Shown: positions 49,302 to 63,965, counted from the stretch's first letter. The stretch is 64,000 bases of DNA from Ylistrum balloti (GCF_031769215.1 NW_026781910.1:744001-808000), one strand, 5' to 3'. Notes: a model not told the origin generated them from the letters alone. Numbers and translations: made by a program.

Positions 49302-52300
49302 AAAGAAAGAGAATGTGTATTTAAACACTTTATTAAAGGATGGCCATGCCCCAAGGGAGATAATTACCTAGTTGTATATACATAGTGAACAGCTGTCAGT
49401 GATTGTTTGTTTGGCCATTTGTCATCCTGTTGTGTGTGAAACAGTTTGCAAGACTGCTCAAGACTGTTCAAGATCAAACTATATTCTGTTTGTCTACCTC
49501 ACGCTCTGAAACATGCATACAATACATTGTGGAATGACACTGTACTTTGATCGAGACTTGATTAATCTTCATTCATTAAGCATTCTAGCTGTTAATTTGA
49601 TAATGGAGAAAAGCATATGATGTGTAGATTATGTAATGAAAACATGTTAGCTTATCATTTAAAGTTGTCATCAAAATGTAAAAGTTGCATCTCTTTAAGT
49701 GGAACACTGACCCAGATAAGCATGTACTGGGATCCATCTTGTATAAATGTTAGATCTCTGGCCCCAAGGGTTTGGAGGGATGGGACCCAATTTAAAATCC
49801 TACTCCTCTTGTAAGAATGATTAGGTACTGCCCAAATTTAATCTGAAGCAGTCTTGGGTAAAGGGGAATCAATTTTGTATAAATAGCAGGTCTCGGCCCC
49901 CTGGGGCGGGGCCCAATAAGGGAAAAGAGGAAATCCTACTCATCCTGTAGAAATTAACAAGTAGAATAAGGATGGAGCATCAACACCTGAAGGATACCTA
50001 GTTAAAAGAATTATTATTTTGTATCAACCTGGAGTTTAACATATCTGAGATTTGGGGCCCAACAGGGGAAATGTAAGTTTGGTCTAAAGCAATTTTTATG
50101 ATTGTGAATCTGACTTCACTTTGACCACAAGGCTAGGACCCAATAAAGAGATATCATTTCAAAAATGATTTGTCATATTTGAAATTCTTTGTGAAGTATA
50201 TGAATAGCTGAATTAGCAAAATGAGAGATGCAGATCTCTTGAGCCTCTTATTTATAATTTATAGAAGCAGAATAAAATGCAAGCAAAATGTCAACGGTGT
50301 CAGTATATTTTCAAACACTAACACATATCTCATTTTAAACGTTGTTCTAAGTCCTGTGAATAACTACTGTAAGATGGACAAGATCTCATCATCATAACAA
50401 AAAGTATTTGTTTACTTCCACGTGATTACACATTGTAAAAGATAAAAAGTACCCATAAACAGCACAAATACACAATGTTATATGTCACACTAAACTGTCT
50501 CAATTAATCAAAGAGAACAATCGCCAAGGTAGAATTATATACAAGGGTATCACACATCCCTCAAATGTGCACTGTCATCCAGTATGGTAGTTTTAGCCAA
50601 CACACATAAAAGTGCATCTGCAACAATACGTTCTTTTTGAGATCTCATTTTAATTTGGTGTTTGCCAGATTAGTATGCAAAACCAATTTATTCACCCTTT
50701 TATTTATTCATAACTGTATCTAGCTCATGGCAACCCTTGACAAATGTTTGATTGTTTAGAGGAATATGAATACTCAAGTCAGAAAGAAACAGAGGTAAAA
50801 AGGAATTGTCTTTGGTTTATGAAAAGAGGACCATGCAGAAAGAAGTGAGATCAATCTTCAACTGGATGACCATTTTAATTAGTTTGTACTTGACATTCTT
50901 CTGAAATCATAAAATTTATATAAAAATTATGGGGCTGGATGCCCTCCTCATCCATATTTTAAAATTTCTTTTGTTACTGGATTTTCCTCTTTGTACCTGA
51001 GTTTGATGTAAACCCAACCTTCCCAGGAAATGATGTGTAGCTTTTGTAATTCATATTTTGTCATTAAGTGACATTTTTAGATCACCATTTCAAAGTATAT
51101 CAACATTAATATCTCATTCATACCATTTGAATTTTAATTCGAATATTGTCACATATAGGACAAATAAAAAAAAATGATAAGAATTTTCAGGGATGCATTG
51201 ACACTGAGTTGAATTGATATTTAATGCTTGCTCAGTCTCTCAGACTATAATGAAGAAGCATTGACAGACCTTGAAGAAGGAGAGTTTCTAATACTGCTAC
51301 TTAAACTAGAATCATTCCAAAGTTTCTTTGCAGAAGGAAAGCATGAATTTACAACAGTTGTATGTGGAAATGTTGTTGTCTCAATAGCTGTGTGTTTTGT
51401 AGATTGTATGAACCTAAATTTCCAACATCCATTGGCAATAAGTCTGAAAGAAAATTAGGTGCACAGTTATTCATTATACAATAGAATAAAGACAGTGAAG
51501 AAGTGATCCCAAGATTCCAAAGTTGTTCAGTTGATATACAAGACCCTTATGCCATACTCTGTCAAAGGCTTTAGAAAAATCACAAAATGTCAAACTAGAG
51601 TGCTCAAGAGTTTTAGAGGAACTATTGAGTGATAGAACTCGATAAACTTCGGAGTTGTGGAGTGGTTCGGCGAAAATACATATTTAAACATAGGAAAATA
51701 TGACATAGGTTTATGCCATACCACTGAAATTATTTTTAAACATTCCACTGTTACCTGTTCAGCCTATGAATTCTAGCACCAGAAGTATTTTCTATAGCAC
51801 CAAGCTTAGCGATATAAAAAAAGGTATTTAATTTAGTTTTATAACTGAAATTCATCTCTTAATGAACTCCACAATTTTAGCTGTTTTGTTTTCCTAAATT
51901 TAAAATGCAGCTGCAAATTGAAATAGATAATCCTCCTTTGATTTTAAAGGAAATGTTCAACTTTGATAGTTTCATCTCTATATGAAAAAACCCACGTCCC
52001 TTTCCCTGGAAACACATCATGCCGTTCATTGCCCACACAAGTTCTGTTCATGAACCCACCACCTATCTGATTTTTCTACAAAAACTAAGCAAGAGAAGTG
52101 GAGAAAATTTATATCAAATTGGTATAGTTATCACCCTTAACATCCGTTTTGAATTTTTAAAATTTAATTTCCGTGTTTAATCATTTTATCTTAATATCAG
52201 TGTAAGTTAATTATTGGTCGCGGTTTTATTGATACTATTTTGATTCATTTATTTATAACCTTTTTTTTTCTTTTTTTTATGATCTTACGGAATTGAAAAA

Positions 52301-52740
52301 GAACAAAAAATAACACTACATGTAGTACATATTGAATGGTGTTACTGTTACTATCTTTACATAAAACTGAAAGCTTAAGGGAATAACCATACTTAGTAAT
52401 TCCACATGCATCACTTGCATATAAAAATGAACAATGGGTAAACTTTTATTAGAAAATCAATATGAATGATAATGGGTCCATTCGAAATTGTGACCAAATC
52501 AAACAAGATGAACGAAGAAAGCCTCGTAAATCTCACTTAGTATAAAAGAAGCGGCAGCGAAACAACAGCGATTGAAAATTCCGGAATGTATGCCGTTTTC
52601 ATTTTAGTGGAAGAAACGGAAGTTGACATTCTTCAGCTAGTGATAACGCCACGGGTGTACAACCAAGGATGTCAGGGTCAAAGTCTACACTGACTATCGC
52701 CAGGCTAGTCAGAGACGTTACATACATTTTCATTGACAAC

Positions 52741-55700
52741 ATGGTGTTAGTTAAATGTGCGGCTTTTTTCGGCTTGGGAGCTGCTCTGTCGTATGGCATA
52801 GGTTTATCCTGCACCTTGACAACACTGCTGGTCTTCGGTGTTTACCTTGTCACAGGCGGCTGGCGTTTTACATGGGTCGTTATAAACACTCTCCCAAGAG
52901 ATCTCAGGTAATGTTACCCGTCACTTTGCACTATGTTTACCAACTATCACGAGATTACCAACTGGTCCGAATCAGACGTTACATGCACTAGTCATACAAC
53001 AGAGGACTAGACTAATCAATTAGGGGCTAGCTAACTCAATGAAAATGTCTCTTTGTGCTAATACACAGGTTATTTTTTTTCAGAAGAACTGGCCATCATT
53101 CTCGAACCAAATGAGTTTTTTTGTTTTTTTTTCCAGAAAAATAATTAATCTTTAAAAAAAAGGAAATAATGTATATATAAAACGAAAACTAAAAAAAAAA
53201 CCTCATCTTATGCATTGATTTCTCAGATTTTGACTTCTTAAAAAAAAAATAATTAATTTGCTGAAAAGTTTTGTGTCATTTGTGAGTATGGCTGTCAGTA
53301 TAACTTTTAAAGATGACAATATCCAAGAGGGAATATTGATGTGATATTTATCTAAATAGTCTTAATAAAGGCTTTTGATAAGGTTCTCATCGTTGCCTCT
53401 TACACAACTTAAGTTTCACGAATATAGAATTGGGTCATATCTAAAGAACTTTTGAATAATAGACATGAAAGAGTAGTCCATCCTCGAAACTCCAGGGGTT
53501 GCAACCACTTTGGGTCTCTGCACCCATGAAACTTGTGGCAAAATTGTAGGCACAAGTGAAGTAATTTGATTCATTCCTGGAGAACAAAAACTGACCAATC
53601 ATAGGGTTATACACTGCTTTTGAAGATTACGAAGCAATATCCAACTTAAAAGCCAGAATAATATATACCATTATTGGACCTCGAGATTTGCTTGATGTAC
53701 GTAAGGGATCAAACTAGTTTTTCGTCTTGTCCACAATGTGTTGCACATGTATTCTTCTGTTTTGCAAAGACATGTTCTAGAGGTACAGATAACAAAAGTG
53801 ATTGTAATCCCTGGAGTATCTAGGATGAAAATAGTCATAAATGTTTCATCATCAAAAATCACAAAATACTCCGTGGAATTCCACAAGGAAGTGTACAAGG
53901 GCAAATTTTATTTGTCATTTATATCAAAGATATGTCAGAGAATACTGTGTCATCATGTCCCCTTTTTGTTGATGACACAAAAATTACACTGTAAAAACTG
54001 GAAATCAGGATGACATGAATATTCTACAACAGGATTTAGATCAGCTGCAGAAATGGTGGAATGATTGGTTATTAAAATTTCACTCTAATAGATGTAAAGC
54101 ACTATATATAAGGAAATCAGGGTAAAAAGAACATAACTCATGAAAGAACAGAATGATAGACATGAAATTTTAGAAAGTTCAAGACCTGGGTGTGATGGTA
54201 AATAATGGATAAAATTTTCAAAACCATATGCAAAATTCTGACAACAAAGCAAACTCAGTGTTGGGCCTTCTCTGAAGATCCTTTATAAGCCCTGATGAAA
54301 CCATGTTTTATCAATTCAAAGCATTGGTTAGGCCACATCTAAAATGTGCAGCATGTATTTGGAACCTCTATGAAACAAAAGACATATGGATGATAGAAAA
54401 CATACACTGAAGAGCCACCAAATTAATACCAGGATTTTAAGAAGTATATCATTTGAGGAAGTGACTACAGAAACCACAGCTCCCTACTCTGATGTATAAA
54501 AGAATGAGATGAGGCTTGATAACTGACAATGAAATAATTGATAAACAGTTTGATAAACAATTCTTTAAACCTGATTATCTTTGATACTAATGAAAGAACT
54601 CAAGGTCATGATTTTAAACTGTATACCATCATAATGCAGATTCAAGCAAAATTCTTATACATTTATTGACAAACAGAATAGTCCACCTGTTCACGTGGTA
54701 AATGCAAAAACTGTCAGGACATCTATTGGATGATCATTTCAAGAACATAATTTATGACTTTTAATTAATATGATATGTACATTTTCATAAAACCTAATGA
54801 AGATTGAAGATGAAGATGACAGGGTTTAAGATGTCTTTTGTATAGTGTTGGAAGTTTTATTTACTAAAGGATGTGAAGAGATCTTGAAATGGTGGATGGC
54901 AAGGTCAATCCCCACCCCTGGTTTTTTCAAAATGGGCTATCCAGATACTAGATATTCCCTTTTTCATAATACATAGTATTCCCTGAATTCTAGATTAAAC
55001 CCTGTCTATGATTAATTGCAATGTGATACATACTAAAACTAGCCACATCTACATTCTGACAGAAAGATAAGTCATTAATACAACTTTAGGTAGATACAGG
55101 TATTCTGTGGTTGTTTGTATACTTTATATTATGGAATTTTGAAATCTTACTTTGTTTTACATTTCAGGGGGTTGTCTGTATTATTGAAAACAAAGTTTAT
55201 TATAAGAGACCATTTAAGATCAGGAACAACAATAGCAAAGTTATTTACCAAGTCTGCAAACAAGTATCCAAACAAAGCCTGCATCTTGTTTGAGGATGAA
55301 GTCTGGACATTTCAAGAAGTTGAGGCATACTCCAACTCGATTGCAAATTATTTTTACAATGCAGGATTTCAGAAGGGAGATGTGGTATCTATATATATGG
55401 ATAACAGACCACAATATTTCTGTCTCTGGCTTGGATTGTCTAAGATAGGAGTAATTTCTGCTCTGATCAATTACAACCTCCGTAAGCAGCAACTCACCCA
55501 CTCGATAACCACAGCAGAATCTAGGGCAGTCATCTTTGGAAGAGAGTTCACTGATGGTAAATTTTCATTCCAAAATGGTTACCACTTTTTCTTCGTTATA
55601 TGTTTTAAGTTTTCAAGGTTGCATAGGAATTTATATACAAGAAATAAATTATATTAAGGTAAAGAAACCCGTCAAATTTCTTTTGGTAATATATGCAGGC

Positions 55701-58700
55701 CTTGAAAAGATGCTAAGCATATGCATATGAAATTAACATGTGGGCATAAACAGGAATAAATGTCATTCTGATCAATAAGGCTATTTGGGAATGGATCAAT
55801 GGTAAAGCGATTTATTGGGAAAGGGGGATAAATCATAGTGTACAGATTTGGATATATGATCATGAACCTCTCTAACTTTAAACCTGAAACTGTTTCTGTT
55901 GAATAAAATTATATTTGTGAATATTGTAAAGTTAATCCTAAAATTTTGTTTTTAGATATAAAGGAGGCAGTGCATGGAATTGGAAGGCTAAAACTGTATG
56001 TTACTGGAACCAACAGTTTAAATGACCCATCGATAACATGTCTGGACCCATTACTTGAAAAGAGCTCAAAATTTAATCCTCCAACTGTTCCTGGAAATTT
56101 CAGTGGTAAGATAGTGTTTACTTTGTCTAATTTTGTCCTTCCTGTGAGAAAAATTTGACTTTGTCATAAAAACATTAACAAATAAGCTGAATTATTAACA
56201 TTTCATTGATTGAGAACAATTAACAACTTATTGTTTTCTAGAAATGTGAATGAAAACTGGGGTAATACAATTTATGAACCTCCAATATAGCATATAAATG
56301 ATTGCTTATCTTATTGTGTTCTATTTATTTTATTTATAATTTCCAAGGGCAGGCAGACAGCACTCTTTCAAAACATCAAGCCTAAAAAGAAAGCACTTTT
56401 GAAGGCTTCCTTTTCACAAAGCAATATCTCTAAATAAAAATAATGTATATGTGTAGATTTAGTTGCTCTTTCTTATGGAAATAAAAGATTTTAGAAATCA
56501 TGCACATTTATGAAGATTCATTCATAATCTACTCTTAAATGTTAATATCTTGAAACAATTTTGTCAGTACATGTATGTCTGATAGTGAGAGCTATTGTCT
56601 AAAGTCATCAGCACAGGTACTGGGTAAATTGTTACAAGCCTATTTGGACCTTACCTGACATGTGTATAACAAGTTCCTTGGTCCCTGTGGTCAGTAGTAT
56701 GTAATGGTATTGTTTTTAAATCTTACAGAGAAATTGTTTCTAGTGTTTACATCAGGAACAACAGGACTACCTAAGGCTGCTGTTATCACACACACAAGGT
56801 AACAATGTACAAACAGAAAAGTATAAAGCTGCCATGAATGTTTAAATCTTTTAATGAACAGAGGATGTAGATTGTAATTACTAATTACACAGGTATGCTT
56901 AAACCATATCACTAAACATGCTTCAGTTATTGGGATACTACTGTTATATAATAAACATACTTCAGACTTTTAAAGATCAACAAAATGTGATTACTGGCCC
57001 CTAATTCTACATTTACATTTCATTGACAGGTTTTTCTACATGTCCTTTGCCATCCAGCAGATGTACCGTCTATCAGGGAAAGACACACTTTACACCTCTC
57101 TTCCCTTATATCACACTGCTGGAGGCATTCTGGGGGTGGGGCAGGTTGTCCTGGGTGGAACCACTCTAGCTATCCGTCGCAAATTTTCTGCCAGCAAGTT
57201 TTGGGAGGACTGTGTGAGATATAACTGCACTGTAAGTAAATAAGTGTGTGTTTGTGTACTGATTTCCATTATAGTTCAGTGTTTTTTATATTATTGTAAA
57301 ATTTTTATCTTCATTTTTTGCAGGCTGCTCAGTACATAGGTGAAATATGTCGGTATTTACTTGCTCAACCACATCGTAACTTTGATCGTCAACACAAAGT
57401 GAGGCTTATGTTTGGTAATGGTCTGCGCCCACAGATATGGCAGGAATTTCAAGATCGATTTGGTGTTCAACAGATGGGAGAGTTCTATGGTGCCACTGAA
57501 GGCAACTGTAACACATGTAAGTGTTGTATACTTTAGATTGAAGTCAATTTCGTGGTGATCTTCACTCTTGACCTACTCAACCTGTGTCAGAACTACAAGA
57601 CAAACTGTGGACAGTATTATATATAGATTAAAACTTTCTAAACGATAAGTGAAAGATGCAAAATCCAAAACGTTCTTCCATTTTCACATGTATTTTTATC
57701 TTCTGGCCACATGATGTCACATAATTATTTAAAGTTCTTCTAAAAACTTTACACAATGGTTTCAATGTAGTTCCATTAATGTCAGGAAAATTCCAATACT
57801 GCACTATATAACTTAAAAATTATAAGGAAATTGGCTTTGTGGTTTAAATCTACAACTTATTTATTTCAAAGATAATAATTTTTGTACTTTCAGCTGAAGT
57901 TTTATTCATAGCATTTTATTTTCAGGGTTTTTCTGTTGCCATAAAAAGAATGAACATAATATACAGTTATGTAATTAATGTCTTGTTATAATATTCTGTT
58001 GTCGTTGATTAACAGTAAACCCAGACAATAAGGTAGGAGCTGTGGGTTTCACCACCATGATAGCTCCATTCTTGTACCCCATCACACTCATACGAGTAGA
58101 TGAACAGGGCGAACCAATTCGTGACCGAAACGGTGTCTGCATCAGAGCGAAGCCAGGTAAAATGCTTTGTACATGTTGTGATATTTCAGTAATTTGAATA
58201 ATCATTATTTCATTCATATTATCTGTGTAAATAGATAGCCCACAATACAGTACAACTCTCTGTGTAAATAGATAGCCCACAATACAGTACAACTCTCTGT
58301 GTAAATAGATAGCCCACAATACAGTACAACTCTCTGTGTAAATAGATAGCCCACAATACAGTACAACTCTCTGTGTAAAGGGATAGCCCACAATACAGTA
58401 CAACTCTCTGTGTAAATAGATAGCCCACAATACAGTACAACTCTCAGTGTAAAGGGATAGCCCACAATACAGTACAACTCTCTGTGTAAAGGGATAGCCC
58501 ACAATACAGTACAACTATCTGTGTAAAGGGATAGCCCACAATACAGTACAACTATCTGTGTAAATAGATAGCCCACAATACAGTACAACTCGCTGTGTAA
58601 ATAGATAGCCCACAATACAGTACAACTCTCTGTGTAAAGGCAGTGCAACTATCTGTGTAAAGGGATAGCCCACAATACAGTACAACTCTCTGTGTAAAGG

Positions 58701-61700
58701 CAGTACAACTATCTGTGTAAAGGGATAGCCCACAATACAGTACAACTCTCTGTGTAAAGGGATAGCCCACAATACAGTACAACTGTCTGTGTAAAGGGAT
58801 TGCCCACAATACAGTACAACTATCTGTGTAAAGGGATAGCCCACAATACAGTACAACTATCTGTGTAAAGGGATAGCCCACAATACAGTACAACTCTCTG
58901 TGTAAAGGGATAGCCCACAATACAGTACAACTATCTGTGTAAAGGGATTGCCCACAATACAGTACTACAGTATCTTACATCAGTTTCCATTTCATACTGG
59001 TTTGTGGATTATGAAAGAAGTTTAAAAAAAAAAGATTTTGAGTCTTTAGCAAGCATAAACGAGAAATTATCATGTGTTACATATGTCACATATAAATGGA
59101 TGAAAACAACTGTTTTCCTTTTAAGGAAATGAACAACAATTATGACAGATATTGCAGAAAATGTACTTTTCCTTGTTAACTAAATAATCCTCTCATGTTT
59201 ATATACATATATATATATGGTGGCCATTGTTATGTCAGTATTATGTAAAAGCTTAATTTATGAGTGTGTGACATCGTTTCAGAAATAGATATTGGGATAG
59301 TCCTAACTTCTCAACTGGCTTTGTTACATGAGATAATACACATATTACTTTATGAGTATATTTACTGAGCAATTAGGTGATAAATATAGTTATGAAGTAA
59401 ATAACAATTGTAATCTATTGAAATTCCACACATCATAAACAGGTACTTGGCAATAGGACATTGTCTAATTTGGAAGGCAGAGATTTTCATTCTGAGTGAA
59501 AACGGCCATTAATTCTTTATTATCTGGAACTCTCTACAAACATGACAAATGAGGTGTATCATAGGTATTTGGTTTATGTTGTAAAATGTAAATCTGCTTG
59601 TAGGTGAACGAGGAGAGCTGGTAGGGAAGATTGTGAAAGGTGATGCTTTACGAGAATTTGATGGCTACATTAACAAGACAGCAACCAACAAGAAGATTTG
59701 TGCCAATGTTTTCAAGAAAGGTGATTTGGCATTCCTCACAGGAGATGTGTTGATCATGGATCAATTTGGCTACTTCTACTTCCAGGACCGCACTGGCGAC
59801 ACATTCCGATGGCGTGGCGAGAATGTGTCTACTACGGAGGTGGAAGCTGTCATCAGTAACATCGTCAAACTCTGTGACTCGGTTGTATATGGAGTAGAAG
59901 TACCAGGTATGGGGATATTGTTATCATCTTCATATTTTACAGGATAATTTCAAATAACTATAACAAGATTTTTTTGAAATGTTCTTAAAAATATATTTCT
60001 TGTCACTAATTGTATAACATTCGAACATGAGATTTTTTTGTGAAGTTTTACTGTAAACAAAATTGCTTGTAGTACACTGACCCTCTTCAGTTAAGTGTCT
60101 CTCTCAGACGTCTTTTGTTACACTGTTCAACTTTTTATGATTGTTGCAGGCTGCTAATGGTATCACAATTTTCAGTTAAAACTGTCAGGGCCTGGAGGAT
60201 CACTTTATAGGGAAAGAATTATTTTCATATTCGAAGAGTAAATGGTGTAATATTTTTTTTGTCTCCGGGATACTCATCTTAAAATTGGGGGGAAAAAACA
60301 TTAATAGAAGTGATTGGGGCTTTGAATGTTGTTATAACTTATATAAATGTAACATAAGGGGAGTAGCTATATTTAGGCACAATAATTTTGAATTTTAGGT
60401 TTAAAGGATAAGAAGAATGTTACTAATGATTTTTTAGCTATTGACTTTAATGCTTAGGGATTAGCTATATTTATGAACAATGATTTTTATTTTTAAAATT
60501 ACAAGGAAAAGGAAGATGGTACTGGTAATCTTTTAGCTATTGACGTTAGTATTGGAGGCTCAAAGAGTAACACTAATTACTTTGTATGGTCCTAATCATG
60601 ATAGCCCAGCTTTTTACTACTGTGCTGATTTTAATCTAGTTTTGAAACCAGACATAGTAATTATAAACATAAGTAATTCAAAAGCTAGAGAAAATGTGTG
60701 TGATAGATGATATATTTCGGAAACATCATGAGCATATTTAAGATATATTGGTGAAAGAGTAATCCATTTAAACAGGTTAGTTTAGATTTTTAGGTCACCT
60801 AAGAAAGGTCTCATGGTGATCTATTGTGATACCCTTTTGTCCAATGACACTTGTCCGTCCTTAAACATTAGTTAGAATTGTTAGTATACAATGACATTTC
60901 AATGTTATGCACATATTGACCCCATCTGACCCCCAGAATTAAAAGATAAAAGGGTATTATTATACCCGGAGATGCAATTGTAAAAGGAAAAATGATAAGA
61001 GTCCAGGTTTGGATGGTTTTACTGCAGAATTCTATCAGATGTTTCTGGAAACAATGAGAAACTTTGTTGTTAGGTCCTTGAATATTGGTTATAATAAAAC
61101 AAACTTTCTATTACACATAGACAGGGTATTATTACTTGCATACCAAAAGGAGATAAACCTAGACATTATATTTAAAACTGGTGACCTATAACATTTCAAA
61201 TATTATTTACAAAATAGCATCAGGGGTTGTGGCAAATAGGGTAAAGTCTGTTTTAGGTAAACATGTACAAGGTCAAACATGATTTTTAACAGGGTGCTAC
61301 ATAGGGAAAATACTAGACTCATTTATGACATAATAAATGAACTTTACTGAAGAAAACAGTATACACTGTACTACAAGTGCTTCTTATCATAGACTTTGAA
61401 GAAAACCTTTTGATTCTGTCTCATGGGAATATATAAACAAAACACTTGAATATTATTTTTTGGATTTGTGTAAGTATATAAAGTATATGTATGTACATAA
61501 ATATTTGATACAATTTCACTGTCACATGCCTGGGTAGTTACAAAATAATGATGATTGTATTTATCTCATCACTACTATATATTACATCGGAGTGATCTGA
61601 AATAATTTAACAAGGTGTTAACATTTTTGATTTTCCTCAGGCGTAGAAGGAAGAGCAGGAATGGTAGCTATTGAGGATCAAAATGACAATTTAGATTTAC

Positions 61701-63414
61701 GTCACCTACAGACAGAACTACAGAAGTGTCTTGCCTCATATGCTCGGCCTGTGTTTGTTCGTCTGTTAAAAACTGTCGCCACTACAGGTAAGTGTCCTGT
61801 AATATATCAGAAGTCACTTTAGGCCTACTCCACAAATTACATATTAGGACGAATGATTATGACATTTTTATGTCACATGAGATGAAATGGTGTTTGTCTG
61901 TCCATCAGATATGTGGTTACCCTATTGATTACGAAATGATGTCAGTCTGTCCATCAGAGATGTGGATACCCTATTGACTATGAAATGATGTTTGTCTGTC
62001 TGTCCATTAGAGATGTGGTTACCCTATTGATTATGAAATGATGTCTGTCTGTCCATCAGAGATGTGATATTCGTTTTGATTACGAAATAGTGTCTGTCTA
62101 TCAAACAAAGCTCTGGTTGCCTATTGAAGTGGTGTCTGTCTGTAAAACTAAGTGCTGGTTGCTCGATTGAAATGGTGTCTGCCTTTTAACCAAAGCTCTG
62201 GTTTCCCTATTGAAATGGTGTCTGTCTGTCAACCAACGTTTTGGTTGCCGATTGAAATGGTGTCTGCCTTTTAACCAAAGCTCTGGTTGCCCTATTGAAA
62301 TGGTGTTGGTCTATTAACCAAAGCTCTGGTTGCCTATTGAAATGGTGTCTGTTTATTAACCAAAGCTCTGGTTGCCCTATTGAAATGGTGTTGGTCTATT
62401 AACCAAAGCTCTGGTTGCCTATTGAAATGGTGTCTGTTTATTAACCAAAGCTCTGGTTGCCATATTGAAATGGTGTCTGTTGGTCTTTCCATTCAAAGCC
62501 TGGTCTGTTTCTCTTGGGATCATGATTGACTTTGATGTAATTGATATGTAAAGATTAGGATGGTAAAGCCTTAAGGTCATTACATAAAATATACTCATGC
62601 TACCAGGATCACAGGTTGCATGTGTATATACACCTACTTTAGGAATGTATATTCAGGGTATTTAGAGATAAGACATATATATATGAGACAGGATTAGATT
62701 TTCTCACCCACTGAAAGACTGAAAGACTTTAATAGTGAAAGGAAAAACCTGTTAAATAAATACACAGGTATATTTTTTTGAGTCTTAACCAAAAGATGTA
62801 CATTTATTTACAATATAACCTAACTTTTGAAGACATTATTTTATCATAATTGTTTAAATATGCAGTGTTTGTGTAGACCATGTGGTACTCTTGTTATCAG
62901 ACAATTTATGTTTACATTATAGTGATGTGATAAAATTGTATCTATGTTATATAAGTTTAATGTACTGTTATTTTGAAGTGCACTACATAGAAAAATGTTT
63001 TAGTAGGAAGTAATTTGGTAATATTAGGCAGGGCGATTTGTAAGAGTTGTTAAGGTGATTACTATTTGTTGTAGTTCATATGTTATAGGATGCTGGATAA
63101 GTCAACAACCACAAAAATCTGAAACAGATTGTCTACTAATACTGCTATTTAACATCAGATATGTCCCTTTAAAGCTTTCTCAATATATGTAGATTCTTAT
63201 TGTGGTTTCAGTATGTACAGAATTTTGAATTGAGAATATCTTTGTTGATTTTACAGGGACATTTAAGTTGAAAAAGGTGGAGTTACGACAGGAAGGATTT
63301 GACCCTAACAAGTTGAAGGACAGACTATTTTATATGAACTCGAAGAGTGGCAGCTATGAACCAATCACATCACAGGTGTATAGGGACATTTGTAGTGGTA
63401 AAATTCGCCTGTAG
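52741..63414 (+). CDS. slc27a4: Long-chain fatty acid transport protein / very-long-chain acyl-CoA synthetase (FATP1/4-like), 639 aa
   Basis: Exons: 52741-52907, 55168-55556, 55956-56105, 56729-56798, 57030-57231, 57324-57516, 58016-58156, 59604-59906, 61641-61787, 63257-63414 (1920 nt, GT-AG, in phase). Motifs: [69 protein letters not shown]. Confidence 0.96.
53330..54760 (+). mobile_element. CR1/L2-clade LINE ORF2 remnant in FATP intron 1
   Basis: Broken frames give KAFDKV, PQGSV...[27 protein letters not shown] and RATKLIPG. Confidence 0.8.
53479..53827. mobile_element. MITE-like insertion nested in the LINE
   Basis: Terminal inverted repeats 53479-53510 and 53796-53827 (27/32 identical). 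It interrupts the RT RxRVV..NG segment. Confidence 0.65.
58222..58970. repeat. 37-bp minisatellite, about 20 copies, FATP intron 7
   Basis: GATAGCCC at 58234, 58271, 58308 and onward; AAATAGATA and AAGGGATA variants; two shortened units near 58630-58720. Confidence 0.97.
60975..61465 (+). mobile_element. L1/Tx1-clade LINE RT remnant in FATP intron 8
   Basis: [41 protein letters not shown] and a DFE-K-FDSVSW-like motif, with frameshifts. Confidence 0.8.
61890..62480. repeat. Compound minisatellite: about 49-bp units x4 grading into 42/43-bp units
   Basis: CCAT(C/T)AG at 61902, 61951, 62004, 62053. AACCAA at 62188, 62231, 62273, 62316, 62358, 62401, 62443. Confidence 0.9.
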
Positions 63415-63769
63415 ATGTTGGACAGCTAGATAATTAAACAATTATCCTCAGGAACAAATCACCTTCCATGTAAATGATGTGATATGGAAATTCCTTCCAT
63501 GGAAGCCTGTCAGTATGCTCATAGTTTTCTCATTTCTACTCCCAAGAGAATTACGATATTGTCAGATTTCAAGTGATATGTGTATAGCAAAATGTTAATA
63601 TTATCAAAGTCCCATGGTTTCCTTTTTCATGTCCTTTCTACGTGTAATCCGAGTGTATTCACTCTTGAAACCCAAAATGGTCAGTGGGCAAATATTGGCA
63701 ATATAAAAAGATTTTGGAGTGAAAATGGGTAGTAGAGCAGTGTTTTTCTGGCTAAATGGGACAGTATGA

Positions 63770-63965
63770 GAATGTATTCCTGGATGAAAGTTGGCAGTAT
63801 AACAAGTTTTTTTTAGTACAGTGTTGGCAGTATAATAAGGTTTTACTGAACAATTGGTGGCATTATAACAAGGCCTTACTGGGTGAATGTTTTCAATACA
63901 ACAAGGTTTTACTTAATGAATGTTTGGAGTGTAACAAGATTTTACTGGACAAATGGCAGTTTTGT
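63770..63965 (+). repeat. Degenerate 33-bp tandem repeat with an open frame (11-aa period)
   Basis: WQYNKFFLVQC/WQYNKVLLNNW/WHYNKALLGEC/FQYNKVLLNEC within ORF 63756-63986. Confidence 0.75.

Noticed and set aside
52669-52740. Upstream in-frame ATG extending FATP by 24 aa
   Set aside because: ATG 52741 has a better context (CAACATGG) and gives the typical family length. The upstream start cannot be excluded without transcript data.
31573-54298. Other CUGANGA hits as hammerheads (31573, 38922, 46559, 54292; also 9288)
   Set aside because: None has a stem II followed by GAAA and a pairing stem I. 46557-46574 is just a short palindrome.
57975-58920. Long minus-strand ORFs ([14 protein letters not shown]...)
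   Set aside because: They are translations of the 37-bp repeat (3x37 nt = 37 aa period), antisense to FATP.
58222-58970. CRISPR array (37-bp repeat length)
   Set aside because: Units are head-to-tail with no unique spacers, there are no cas genes, and the context is a eukaryotic intron. The same applies to the 41- and 64-bp arrays.
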